DNA from: Pelagomonas calceolata
Taxonomy: Eukaryota
Direction of reading: 5' to 3'
Assembly (NCBI GenBank): GCA_918797485.1
Contig: CAKKNE010000002.1
Coordinates: forward strand, 4,898,001-4,962,000
DNA: 64,000 bases
Part shown: one piece after another, positions 18,765-28,907 of the stretch
How positions within the stretch are numbered: the stretch's first letter is position 1
Layout of the letters: the number at the start of each line of letters is the position of its first letter
Notes under the pieces: generated by a model
Database searches by the model: none
Seen by the model: the letters and a program-made list of their open reading frames with translations, nothing else
Told to the model about the DNA's origin: nothing
Program-made: the position numbers and the translations under genes

Positions 18765-20780
18765 CTAGACCGCGATCGCCTCGGGCCGCGGGTTCGGCGC
18801 CGGCTTTCCGGTGTACTTCTCGATCAGCGCGTCGAGCTCAAATCCGTCGATCGTCTCCTTCTCCAGGAGCGCATCCACGGTCGCATCAAGGAGCGGCCGG
18901 TACTGCGCGAGCGTCTCCTTGCACGTCGCGTAGGCCTCGTCGACCAGCTTCGCGACCTCGTCGTCGATGGTCGACTCCGTCTCCTCGGACGCCGCCGTGG
19001 AGCCAGCGAACATGCCCGGCGACTCGGCCGGCTCCCACGCGATCGGCGACAGCGAGTCGCCGGAGAAGCCCCACTGCGCAACCATCCTCCTAGCGATGTT
19101 GCGGACCTGCTGGAGGTCGTTCGACGCGCCCGTCGTCACCTCTTCACTGCCGTAGACGAGCTCCTCGGCGACGCGGCCGCCGAGCGCGACGGCGAGCTGG
19201 CCCTTGAGGAACTTGAGGGAGTAGAGGCCCGACTCGCTTCTGGACTCGTCGGGCGTGAAGAGCGTGAAGCCGCCCGCGCCGTTCGACCGCGGGATGATCG
19301 TGAGCTTCGCGACGGTGTCGTAGCCCGGGATGAGCGCGGCCATGACGCCGTGGCCCGCCTCGTGGTACGCGACCAAGCGTTGTCTAGCGGGGTTGTTCAT
19401 GCCCGTCGTCTTGGCCAGGCCGACCGTCAGCCGGTCGATCGCGTAGTCGATCTCGGAGAACGTGATCTTGTCCTTGGACCGGCGCGCGGCCATGATGGCC
19501 GCCTCGTTCATGAGGTTCTGGAGCGAGGCGCCGGAGAAGCCGATGGTGCGCGAGGCGATCTCGCCGAGGTCGACCTCGTCGGCCAGGGGCTTGTTGCGGC
19601 AGTGCACGCGCAAGATGGCGACGCGGCCGTCCTTGTCCGGCAGGTCGACGGGCACGCGGCGGTCGAAGCGGCCGGGGCGCAGGAGCGCCGTGTCGAGGAT
19701 GTCTCCTCTGTTGGTAGCGGCCAACACAATCACGCCCGAGTTGCCCGAGAAGCCGTCCATCTCCGTGAGGATCTGGTTCAGGGTCTGCTCGCGCTCGTCG
19801 TTCGTCGCGAAGCCGCCGCCGCCGGAGCGCTGGCGGCCGATGGCGTCGATCTCGTCGATGAAGACGATGCACGGCGCGTTCTTCTTCGCGTCGCCGAACA
19901 AGTTGCGGATGCGCGACGCGCCGACGCCGACGAACATCTCGACGAACTCCGAACCGGACGTGGAGATGAAGGGCACGCCGGCCTCGCCCGCGACCGCGCG
20001 CGCGAGCAGCGTCTTACCCGTACCGGGCGGGCCCTCCAACAAAACACCGCGCGGCGTCTTCGCGCCCACCTTGGTGAACTTTTCCGGGTACTTGAGGAAG
20101 TCGACGACCTCGACCAATTCCAACTTGGACGCCTCGCAGCCGGCGACGTCGTCGAAGCTGACACCGGTATCAGGCTCCATCTCAATTTTATTTTGATTCT
20201 GGAGCATGCCCATGGGCCCGCCCGGTCCGCCCATGCCGCCGGGGCCGCCCATGCCGCCGCGGCGGTTCAGGAGGAAGAGGCCGCCCAGGAAGAGCAGCGG
20301 GAAGAGTAAATTCCCGACGACGGAGCCCACGCCCTGGAGCGGGTCCTGCGTCGGCGGCTGGACCGCGAACTGCACGGAGTGCTTGCGGAGCGCGGCGAGG
20401 ATCTCCGGGCCCTCGCTCGGCAGGATCTCGACGCGGTGGCGGCCGCCGTCGGCGTCGACGGCGACGAGCGCCTTGCCGGCGTCGTCGAAGGTGACGCGCT
20501 CGACGGAGTCCTTCTCGACGGCGTCGAGGAACTCAGATAAGGCCCACGGGCCGACCGGCGCCGCGGACGCGGAGGTGGCGAGCGACGCCGCCATGACGCC
20601 CATGGCGCCGGCGAGCGAGCGGCGCGTGCTCGTGGCGCTCATGCGCGTCGCGGCGCGGGCGCGCGGGATGGCGCGGGGCGCGGACGCGAAGGAGCGCGGC
20701 GCCTTGGCAAGGAAGGCATGGACCTCCACACTTGCCAGCAGGACGGCGCAGCCGACGGTTCGTGCCGCGGAGCGCGGCAT
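18765..20780 (-). CDS. ftsH: Plastid ATP-dependent zinc metalloprotease FtsH (nucleus-encoded)
   Basis: Walker A GPPGTGKT, Walker B IVFIDEID, ALLRPGRFDR and HEAGH. Presequence LLASVEVHA-FLAK; ATG at 20780. Confidence 0.95.
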   Translation of the reverse strand: MPRSAARTVGCAVLLASVEVHAFLAKAPRSFASAPRAIPRARAATRMSATSTRRSLAGAMGVMAASLATSASAAPVGPWALSEFLDAVEKDSVERVTFDDAGKALVAVDADGGRHRVEILPSEGPEILAALRKHSVQFAVQPPTQDPLQGVGSVVGNLLFPLLFLGGLFLLNRRGGMGGPGGMGGPGGPMGMLQNQNKIEMEPDTGVSFDDVAGCEASKLELVEVVDFLKYPEKFTKVGAKTPRGVLLEGPPGTGKTLLARAVAGEAGVPFISTSGSEFVEMFVGVGASRIRNLFGDAKKNAPCIVFIDEIDAIGRQRSGGGGFATNDEREQTLNQILTEMDGFSGNSGVIVLAATNRGDILDTALLRPGRFDRRVPVDLPDKDGRVAILRVHCRNKPLADEVDLGEIASRTIGFSGASLQNLMNEAAIMAARRSKDKITFSEIDYAIDRLTVGLAKTTGMNNPARQRLVAYHEAGHGVMAALIPGYDTVAKLTIIPRSNGAGGFTLFTPDESRSESGLYSLKFLKGQLAVALGGRVAEELVYGSEEVTTGASNDLQQVRNIARRMVAQWGFSGDSLSPIAWEPAESPGMFAGSTAASEETESTIDDEVAKLVDEAYATCKETLAQYRPLLDATVDALLEKETIDGFELDALIEKYTGKPAPNPRPEAIAV

Positions 20781-21238
20781 CGTTTTAGCTGTTGAGCGTG
20801 TAGACAAGGTCGATGAGTGCGTAGGAGAGCACTGCGGTGCAGACGTGCACGAACTTGGCGCCCGCTGAGTTGGCTGCGGCCGAGGTCTCGGGCCCAAGGT
20901 CTCTGAGCTTGTGCTTGAATCGTAATCCTCCATTGTCTCTCCCAGCCCTCCAAAGTGACCCCCAGGACTGCTACGTGGCGTTGGTTCGTCCTTTGCAAGC
21001 GAAACCCCCAACTTGACAACACCCGCGCGCGAACTTGAACATTTTTGCTGACGCCCGCTTGAGGCGCCCCGTCCGGACCGAAAATACTCCACGGGGGGCG
21101 GAGAGAGCCATACGGACGGCCCCCGAGGCGCTGATAGCCGGAGCTCCAGCTAAATCCACAAAACGCGGCCCCCGCGGGACAGCGGTGCCACAACAGAAAT
21201 ATACTAGGATACCCAAGCTTACACTCGAGTCAAGAAGC

Positions 21239-23461
21239 TCACCCCCAAGGCGACGAAGAAGCCACCTCGTCCCCGGAGGCGAAAGAAAGGTCCCGCACGT
21301 GCACCGTCGCCAGCACGCGCTCCTTGCAGCACGGGCACCGCTCCAGCGCGTCCCTGCGTTTCAGCTCGCCCTCACATTGCGCACATAGTGCTCTATGCCC
21401 GCACGGCGCGAACGCCACGGTCGGCGCGCGAAGAGCACACGACACGCAGTTCGGGCCCCGCGCGTCGCGCTCCGCCCTTCTTTGAGCGAGGGCCCGGTTC
21501 CTTTTCAACGCCTCCGTTAGCTTGTGGTGCACGCCATCCAGTTGCGTCATATCAAAGGTGAGGTCGCCGCCCCTAAACTCCGTCTCCAGCAGAGCCCGCG
21601 CGGCGTGCGCGTCGTCGAGCCGCCGTTCGTAGGCCCGCCGCGCGTCATTCCACTCCTTCCTGAGTCGCTTCTCCTCCTCGAAGCGCCGGTCGGCCCTTCT
21701 CAAGTCCTCGTCGTGGGCCGCCCTAGATTCTCGCAACAACCTTTGCGTCGCCTCGAGCCGCTGCTTGAGCTTGGAGCCGGACTCCTCATCCTCGTCGCTC
21801 TCGGCCGTCACATCAATAGGCTTCTCGGTACTGGAGCGTCGTCGTTTCGGCGGCGGCGGCGCCTCGAGGGCCTCCGGCTCGGCGCGCTTGCAGGGCACGG
21901 CGCGCGCCTCCGGCGCCCAGCACTCGTCGGACCCGCCGCAGTTCCAGCACCCGCCCGCCAGCCGATCCTCCCAGTTTTCGGACGACGACCGGTCGACCAA
22001 AGCTGTCGTGTCGTCGTCCAATAAACGAAGGGACCCCGCCTCCGCGTTCGCGAGAGCAGCGTAGCGCAGCACTCCCACAGACCGTTCAGGATCGAAGACG
22101 ACGCACGCCGCCACGACCGCGTCGTCCACGGAGCCTAGCGTGACTTGGACGGACGTGCTCTCGCGCGGCGCGAGCCAAGCTGTGATTGTAGGCGCCTCAC
22201 CGTACGTCAACAGCGCGACGTGACCATCATCTAAATGGATCGCCGCCGCCTCGGCCCCGCGACAAGCCGAGACGGCCTGCACGCTCCGCTGGCGCCGTCT
22301 CCCAGACGCCGCGTCCGGCGGCGGCAGTTCTATCGTATCCGCGGTCAGCGGCGCCTCTGAAGAACCAGAGCCGTCGGGCTTCAAATCGCGCAAATGCGTC
22401 GCGCGCAGCTCGCCGCAGCCCATGCCCAACAACGCGACCGCACCTCTCGTGGAAGTCCGCCCCTCCAACCCACCTCGCACCAAAATACCCTCGTCGCCGC
22501 ACGTGTCGGGGATCGCGTGGTGCTCCGCCTTCGCCGCATCCAACCTCCACACTCTCAACGGCTTCTCGGCGACGCGCGTGATCGCTCTACTGCCACCGGC
22601 ACATAAAACGCCACTACGGAACGCGGGACCGCCAACATTTTCATGAAACGCACAAGTCCAGGTCGGCACGTTATCACTGATTGTCAAGTCCCAGACCGTC
22701 ATGTGGCCGTAGCCCACGCCGCACAGTAGTCTATAACCTTTATCAGTGGTAGCAACAGAACAGAAACCTCGTAATCGAGCATCACTCGACGGATAGGATC
22801 TGACTCTAGTTGCTGATGCAAATCCGCGATTCTCTCGTAACAAATGGAAATGTTGTAAATCCCAGGCCCGGAAGCCCTTGCCCGTCCGCGCGCCCGCGAA
22901 GAGCATCTTCCCGTCGTCGCTAATCTCGACGTGCACCCTTAATGTTCCATGGGCGTTGTTTCCCACAACTCCTAAAGCGCAGCCCCAGCGGTCCTCCGGC
23001 TGGGGCGTGGACGTGAGGTCGAACAAGCGGACGACGCCCGACGCGAAGCCGGCCACCACGCACGTCCCGTCCGGCGCAATCGATACAGACTGGGGCTGGT
23101 GCTCTAACGAGAAGCAGCGCTTTGCGACAGGTGGACCGGCCTCCTTCGGCACAGCCGGTGGCTCCGGGACGACCGGCTTTACAATGACCGGTTCCGGCGC
23201 GGGCGCCGGCGCCTGGGCGGCGACCGCCTGGCGCCGCGCCTCCCTCCTTGCGCGCGCGTCGTGCGCCGCCGCCGGCCTTTGTACTTTAGCCACGGGCCGC
23301 CGCGCGCCCCAGTCGTCGTCTCCTAATGAGTAGGAGCGCGCCGGGTTCTCGCGGAGCGGCGGCCGGGTTGCGGCGGCCTGCTGCGGCGCCGCCGCCGGCC
23401 GCTCCTGCGCCTGCGCCGCGAGGAGCATCGCGCGGCCACGCTTCGAGTTGGGATTGATCAT
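21239..23461 (-). CDS. WD40-repeat, coiled-coil, C-terminal RING (C3HC4) protein; putative E3 ligase
   Basis: WD-like strands (VRLFD, MTVWD, LRVWR); CVSC...PCGHRALCAQC...CPCC at the C-terminus. Confidence 0.75.
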   Translation of the reverse strand: MINPNSKRGRAMLLAAQAQERPAAAPQQAAATRPPLRENPARSYSLGDDDWGARRPVAKVQRPAAAHDARARREARRQAVAAQAPAPAPEPVIVKPVVPEPPAVPKEAGPPVAKRCFSLEHQPQSVSIAPDGTCVVAGFASGVVRLFDLTSTPQPEDRWGCALGVVGNNAHGTLRVHVEISDDGKMLFAGARTGKGFRAWDLQHFHLLRENRGFASATRVRSYPSSDARLRGFCSVATTDKGYRLLCGVGYGHMTVWDLTISDNVPTWTCAFHENVGGPAFRSGVLCAGGSRAITRVAEKPLRVWRLDAAKAEHHAIPDTCGDEGILVRGGLEGRTSTRGAVALLGMGCGELRATHLRDLKPDGSGSSEAPLTADTIELPPPDAASGRRRQRSVQAVSACRGAEAAAIHLDDGHVALLTYGEAPTITAWLAPRESTSVQVTLGSVDDAVVAACVVFDPERSVGVLRYAALANAEAGSLRLLDDDTTALVDRSSSENWEDRLAGGCWNCGGSDECWAPEARAVPCKRAEPEALEAPPPPKRRRSSTEKPIDVTAESDEDEESGSKLKQRLEATQRLLRESRAAHDEDLRRADRRFEEEKRLRKEWNDARRAYERRLDDAHAARALLETEFRGGDLTFDMTQLDGVHHKLTEALKRNRALAQRRAERDARGPNCVSCALRAPTVAFAPCGHRALCAQCEGELKRRDALERCPCCKERVLATVHVRDLSFASGDEVASSSPWG

Positions 23462-23807
23462 TTGCTGCTAAGCGATCGGCTGAGCTTCTTCAACAAGTCG
23501 TCGGCGCGCTTCACGTGCGCTCGCCGCGCTCCGCTGCCAGCCAGCCAGCGCAAGAGGTTGGCAAAGATCTGCATCAGCCGTCTCACTGCAGCTGTTTTCA
23601 GGCGTGCAGTGTCGCAGCCGATCACTGCAGCAGTAGCTAATTGCAATTGCAAAAGTAGCGCTCAGCGGCGGAGCTTGGCGCGTTCGCAATTCAGATTGGC
23701 CCACCTGAAAATGATAATCCTAGGGCGCCTCGAAAACTCCCCGCCACCCATGCATCTATACTGCAATTCGTCTGTTCAGCAATTCCACGCGTCTGTGCGC
23801 AGCTCGA

Positions 23808-23830
23808 GCTAGCGTCTTACCGGCACTAGA
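23808..23830. promoter_or_regulatory. Twin-CTAG upstream motif, copy 6
   Basis: GCTAGCGTCTTACCGGCACTAGA in a divergent gap. Confidence 0.55.
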
Positions 23831-23954
23831 GTGATGCTGGCAAGCCAGCTCACTTTCACAGCCATAGTCTCGTCAACGAATGGGACGCAGAGCTCACCGA
23901 CTGCTTAGCACGACCGGCACTACCACAACTGCTGCAACAACACAAGACAGTAGC

Positions 23955-24905
23955 ATGTGCGTGCCCCCCACGCCGCCGAGCAGCATCGCGACGCAATGCG
24001 ATTATGCAGTAGAAGTGGACAACCTCGACTTCGCCTATCCCTCGTCGCTGCCGGGCGAGGACGAGCACCTCGTGCTCAAGAACTTTTGCATGCAGCTCAA
24101 GCCGGGCTCGCGCTGTCTATTGCTGGGCGCGAACGGCTCCGGCAAAAGCACGCTGCTCAAAGTTTTAGCGGGCAAGCACTTAACCAAGGGCGACCGCGTC
24201 AAGGTCATGGGCACGGACGCCTTCCGGGACCTGAAGCTCAACCTCACGCGCGCGTTCCTCGACACGCAGTGGGGTATGAGGACCGTGGCCTTTGCCGGGT
24301 ATGGATGTCCTCTCCAAGCCGATATCAGAGTAGGCGGCATGATGGAGAAGCTCCAGTCGCAATACCCGGAGCGAAGGGACGAGCTCGTCAAGCTGCTGGG
24401 CGTTAATCCCGAGTGGCGCATGCACCGCGTCAGCGACGGGCAGCGGCGGCGCGTGCAGCTGTTGCTTGGTCTGGTGCGGCCCTTCGACATCCTTTTGTTG
24501 GATGAAGTGACCACGTGCCTCGACGTGATCGTCCGCCAAGATCTCATGCGGTGGCTCCAGAAGGAGACGGAGACGCGGGGCGCTACTGTTGTGTATGCCA
24601 CGCACATTTTTGATGGACTGGACGACTGGCCGACGCACCTGCACTACCTGAACCGCCACGGTGCCACGGGCTGGCAGGGGCCCATGGGCGAGCTTGAATT
24701 ATACTCAAAGTTAAGGAAGGAGGGCCACCCGTCGCCGATGCTCAAGATCGCGACGACGTGGCTCCGCGCGGAGATCGCCGAGTACGGCGTCCAGGTCGAG
24801 GGCGCGGATGGCGAGGGCGCGCGCGAGTCGAAGAACCCGAACGCGCTGTCGACGGACCGCGGCGGCGGCTTCAACCCGGGGCGGATGCTGTCGTACAAGG
24901 CCTAG
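23955..24905 (+). CDS. CAF16: Soluble single-domain ABC ATPase (CAF16/ABCI-like)
   Basis: GANGSGKST, SDGQRRRVQ signature, LLLDEVT and YATHIFDGL. The start could alternatively be 23880. Confidence 0.85.
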   Translation: MCVPPTPPSSIATQCDYAVEVDNLDFAYPSSLPGEDEHLVLKNFCMQLKPGSRCLLLGANGSGKSTLLKVLAGKHLTKGDRVKVMGTDAFRDLKLNLTRAFLDTQWGMRTVAFAGYGCPLQADIRVGGMMEKLQSQYPERRDELVKLLGVNPEWRMHRVSDGQRRRVQLLLGLVRPFDILLLDEVTTCLDVIVRQDLMRWLQKETETRGATVVYATHIFDGLDDWPTHLHYLNRHGATGWQGPMGELELYSKLRKEGHPSPMLKIATTWLRAEIAEYGVQVEGADGEGARESKNPNALSTDRGGGFNPGRMLSYKA

Positions 24906-25084
24906 GTGCTGTTTGTCTCTCGCTTCGGAGGAGGCCGGCGCCGTTCTGCGCCGCCGCCCTTCCCCTCGATGTGTGTAATAACCTTCTTTCTTACTTACGG
25001 TCTGAATCGCTCTCAGGGAAAGAACGCCACACCCCGACGCCGTCGACGAGAACTACAGTCGTGAAGATTAAAGGGGGGGATTCT

Positions 25085-26777
25085 CTAGGCGTCCGGCACG
25101 CCCACCTGGGGAAAGCCGGAAGCAAAAGCAGACACGTCCTTCTTGAGCGCCTCGATGGCCGCGGCGTTCGCGCCCTCCGTGATCTTCTGGCGGAAGTCCT
25201 TGAGCTTGCCGCCCTGGGCCTTGACGTCGAGCGCGATCTGCACGCCGCGGTCGAACAAGTCGACGACCGTCTCGAAGTCGGCCTCGTCGAAGCCTCGGCT
25301 CGTTAACGCCGGCGCGCCCATGCGCACGCCGCCCGGCGACAGGGCCGACTTGTCGCCCGGGATCGTGTTCTTGTTCAGGGCGATGTTCGCCTTCTCGAGG
25401 ACGGCCTCGACGCGCGCGCCGTCGATCTTCTTGCTGTTCTTCAGGTCTACAAGCACGAGGTGGTTGTCCGTGCCACCGCTCACCAGAGCGTAGCCCTTCT
25501 TCGTGAGGGCGTTGGCCATCGACGCGGAGTTGGCCAGGACCTGCTCCTGGTACGCGACGTACCCGGGCTCGGAGCACTGCTTCAGGGCCGTGGCGAGCGC
25601 CGCGATCGTGTGGTTGTGGGGGCCGCCCTGCAATCCGGGGAACACCGCGAAGTTGATGGCGTCTTCCAACTCGTACTGCGTGCCGTCGGCCTTGGCGCCC
25701 TTGCGGTAGAAGATCATCGCGCCGCGCGGGCCTCGCAGCGACTTGTGCGTCGTCGTCGTCACGACGTCGGCATATTCGAAGGGCGACGGCACGACGCCGG
25801 CGGCCACGAGCCCGGAGATGTGAGCCATGTCCGCGAGCATCACCGCGTCGTTCTGGTCGCAGATGTCGCGCATGCGCGGGTAATCAACCGCGCGCGAGTA
25901 GGCCGAGGTACCGGCGACGATGAGCTTGGGTCTAAACAACTTCGCCGACGCCTCCAACGCGTCGTAGTCGATGAGTCCCGTGGACTCGTCGAGGCGGTAC
26001 GGCATCGTCTCGAAGTAGAGCGACGTCATGCTGATTTTTTTGGTGGGCGTCTGGTAGCCGTGCGACAGGTGGCCGCCGTGCGGTAAGTCGAGGGCCATGA
26101 TGCGGTCGTGCGGTTTGAGTAAGGCCGTGTAGACCTGGAAGTTGGCCGGGGAGCCGCTCAGGGATTGCACGTTGACGCCCCACTCGTCGGGGTTGAGCTT
26201 GAAGACCTCCAAGGCGCGTTTTTGGCATAATAACTCGACCTGGTCGATGTACTCGTTGCCGCCGTAGTATCTCGCGTTGGGGTAGCCCTCCGAGTACTTG
26301 TTGCTCATCACGGAACCGAGAGCATCGAAGACGCTCGCCGACGTGTAGTTCTCGGACGCGATCAACGCGAGCGTGTCGCGCTGGCGGCCCTTCTCGCCCT
26401 CGATGATCGAGTGGAGCTCGGGGTCGGTCTCGACGAGGCGCTTGTTGAGGGCGTTGCCTGCGTGCGTGACGCGTGATGGCGTTTCCGCGGTGAGTCCTCT
26501 CCTGCAATCGAGCCGTCTCGTCGATGGCGTCTTGCCTGGTCGCGTCGGCGCCGCGCGCGGTGGCCGACTCACGTCGACCGGTTTTCGTTACGATGTGCCT
26601 TCAGTTCCACGACGCGCGTCGCATGATCAGTCGTTTCGAAGGCACCCGTGTCCTGCGCCGCTTTGCACCGACAAAAGCTTCGGATCCATCAGCCTTGGCC
26701 GCAGCCGTGCTCATGGCCGGCCGGGCGGCGAAACGCGTGCCGCGGCTCGCGGTGCGGAGCGCACGTGACAGCTGCAT
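25085..26777 (-). CDS. SHMT: Serine hydroxymethyltransferase, mitochondrial-type presequence (exons 26777-26669 and 26457-25085; intron 26458-26668)
   Basis: [28 protein letters not shown] and [13 protein letters not shown] splicing joins [24 protein letters not shown]...AFV to GNALNK. Confidence 0.95.
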
Positions 26778-27141
26778 TGTTTCTAGCCCAACTGTTCGAT
26801 CTGTGCTTGCTAGCTCAGCGCGTAAGCTGCGTCTTCTACGATGCTTTAACACTGATGCGTCACATCGAGCTGCGGGTTTTGTTCGAATTTTCCACGACTC
26901 TTGACACGGAGTAACGAGCTATCGTGGCCCTCGATCGACATTTACACGCAACCGAACAGGCGCGGACGGGGCGGGGCCGGGTTGGAGTGCCCCGCGCCGT
27001 CGCGCAGCTGGCATGGATCGCTAGGTGTCTGTGCGCGTGGCTTTTTCTAGTCGTCCGCTCTCTACCGAGTTGCGGGGTCGCGAGACAGATTGCAGCTCGC
27101 TTTTGCAGAAAACTCTCACTATCTCTTACCGGCGACTATTC

Positions 27142-27980
27142 TCAAATAGTCGTCCCCGGGATCTCCGGAAAGGCGTCGTCGTCGTCGTCGTCGTTCTCGT
27201 CGTCCATGGGTGCGGGCGCCGGCGCGGCGGCGGGCGTGGCCTCGTCCGAGGCGCCGTCCTCGCTCGCGTTTTCCCAGTCGGCCGCGAACGCCGCGTCTTC
27301 GGCAGCCCACGCCTCGGGTTCGGGCGGGAGCACCAGCAGCGGCGCGCGGGCCTCGCGCGGCGGCGGCGTGGCCCGAGCTACCCCGGCGTCTGCCCGGCGT
27401 GGCCCGTAACGGTTGAGCATTGCCGCGTAGTTCGGCCGAGTTCTCCGGCGTTCGGAGCGCCCGTCGTTCTGAAGCGCCGGCGCCACCGCGGGGTACGAGC
27501 GTGGGCGCGGCCGGTAAGGCCCAGGCGCCGGCCTGGGAGCGAGGCAGGCGTCGCCATGTCTCGTTCGGCAGGCGACACATCCGCCGCAGCGACGATGGGG
27601 CCGGCCGCAGCCGCAGCTCGCCGGGCACGGGTAGGTGATGGCAGCTCGCGGGCGCCCCCCCCCGCGCGCCCCGCCGCGCCGCGTAACGCGCGACGCGGGC
27701 GCCGGCGCGCGCGGCGCGCGCGGCGCGGGCGCGGGCGCCGGCGCCTTTCGCTTCTTGCCGTGCGTCCGCAGGTGCTCGTACTGCGCCGCGATCGACGTGC
27801 CATCCTCCGTGTCCGCGTCGGCATCGTAAAAGAAACAGTCGTCCATTTCGTGCACGTAGGCCGCGGTGGCCTCCTCGTCGGCGTCGGCGATGCGCCAGCC
27901 GAGGCCGAGGACCGGATCTCTCAGGGCCGCTCTCTTGTAGTGCACCGTCAACCGCTTGTAGTGGATTTTTTTTTCCTCCT
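27142..27980 (-). other. Cys-rich, low-complexity ORF segment lacking a clear start (possible 3' half of the HNH gene)
   Basis: CPASCGCGRPHRRCGGCVAC...C cluster and an acidic tail; the ORF track start is not ATG. Confidence 0.4.
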
Positions 27981-28400
27981 CCTTTGTATTCTCGCGAAAC
28001 GACAAGTCCTCAACTGCAGCAAAGCGGACCGCGTGTTCTGCGATTGAGCGCTGCGGCCGGCGTCGTCCATCGCCTCCAGAAAGTTGAGGTTTCGGGGAGA
28101 GTTGTCGTCTCGCTTGCGGTTGATGTGGTCTACTTGTTTCAACGCGATGTCCGCCCGTGTTTGGCCCTCCCAGACCACCGCGAGGCCGATCAGCCGAGCG
28201 AAGCGGAAGCTTCGGCCCATTATTCCTACGTTGATGTAGCCGTCGGGCGTTTTCCACCCAAGTAAGAATTTCCCTTGCCGGTTGAGCAGCTGGTTATTAT
28301 CTTTTTTTATCCACCCTATCCAAACTCCGCCCTCGAACGGAGGATCCTCATCAGGTACGGGTAGACCTCCGGGATATTTACGTCGCGGCGTACGAGCCGT
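27948..28400 (-). pseudogene. HNH homing-endonuclease-like (HNH_3) ORF without an evident ATG
   Basis: GYINVGI...RFARLIGLAV...QVDHINRKRDDNSPRNL; locally lower GC. Confidence 0.55.
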
Positions 28401-28440
28401 TTGTGAGGCGCGCGCCGCGCCTGCTTCCTGGCCGGCTCGT

Positions 28441-28463
28441 GCTAGCGGCTGTAAGACACTAGC
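28441..28463. promoter_or_regulatory. Twin-CTAG upstream motif, copy 7
   Basis: GCTAGCGGCTGTAAGACACTAGC between the HNH segment and the MGDG synthase gene. Confidence 0.6.
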
Positions 28464-28907
28464 AACCAGCCTGCTTTCCGGCGGTAAGATTCGCACCGGA
28501 CCGTTCCGGCGGCGCTTGGACGAAATACCGACTTAGCTCGGTGAATGGGAGCTTGCACAAACCGCCCCTCTTGAGCGGTCGCGCTCAAGCCCCGATTTAG
28601 AAGCCCAATTTTTTTTATTCGTCCACATCTGCAGCGGACCTCTACAGTGTACTTGGTACCGCTCTGAGCTCGCGGAAGGAGCTTCGTCGAACCTTAGCGC
28701 AAAAATCGATAGCTGATGACAAGTATTTTGAGCGGCGTAAACGGGCCCTTCCGCTCAACATAGCTGCACAATCACGCTTGCAGAGGCACAATCTGACCCC
28801 TGCTTCCGCATACAAGCGCTGGTTTTCTTCCGCAGCGCCTAACGGGGCCGCAGTAAAGCGTTAGCCAGACTCGCATCCTTAGCCAAAACGCATCGCACGC
28901 ATCCCAG

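Noticed and set aside
20781..21092. N-terminal extension of FtsH given by the ORF track (similar extensions at 7508, 9659, 41724, 46981, 49212, 50194)
   Set aside because: Non-ATG or implausible starts. Downstream ATGs give proper presequences or contexts.
26458..26668. SHMT intron (also the NF-YB and KR introns) as intact introners
   Set aside because: No TIR pair or 8-bp TSD; at most a short GATGGCGT core.
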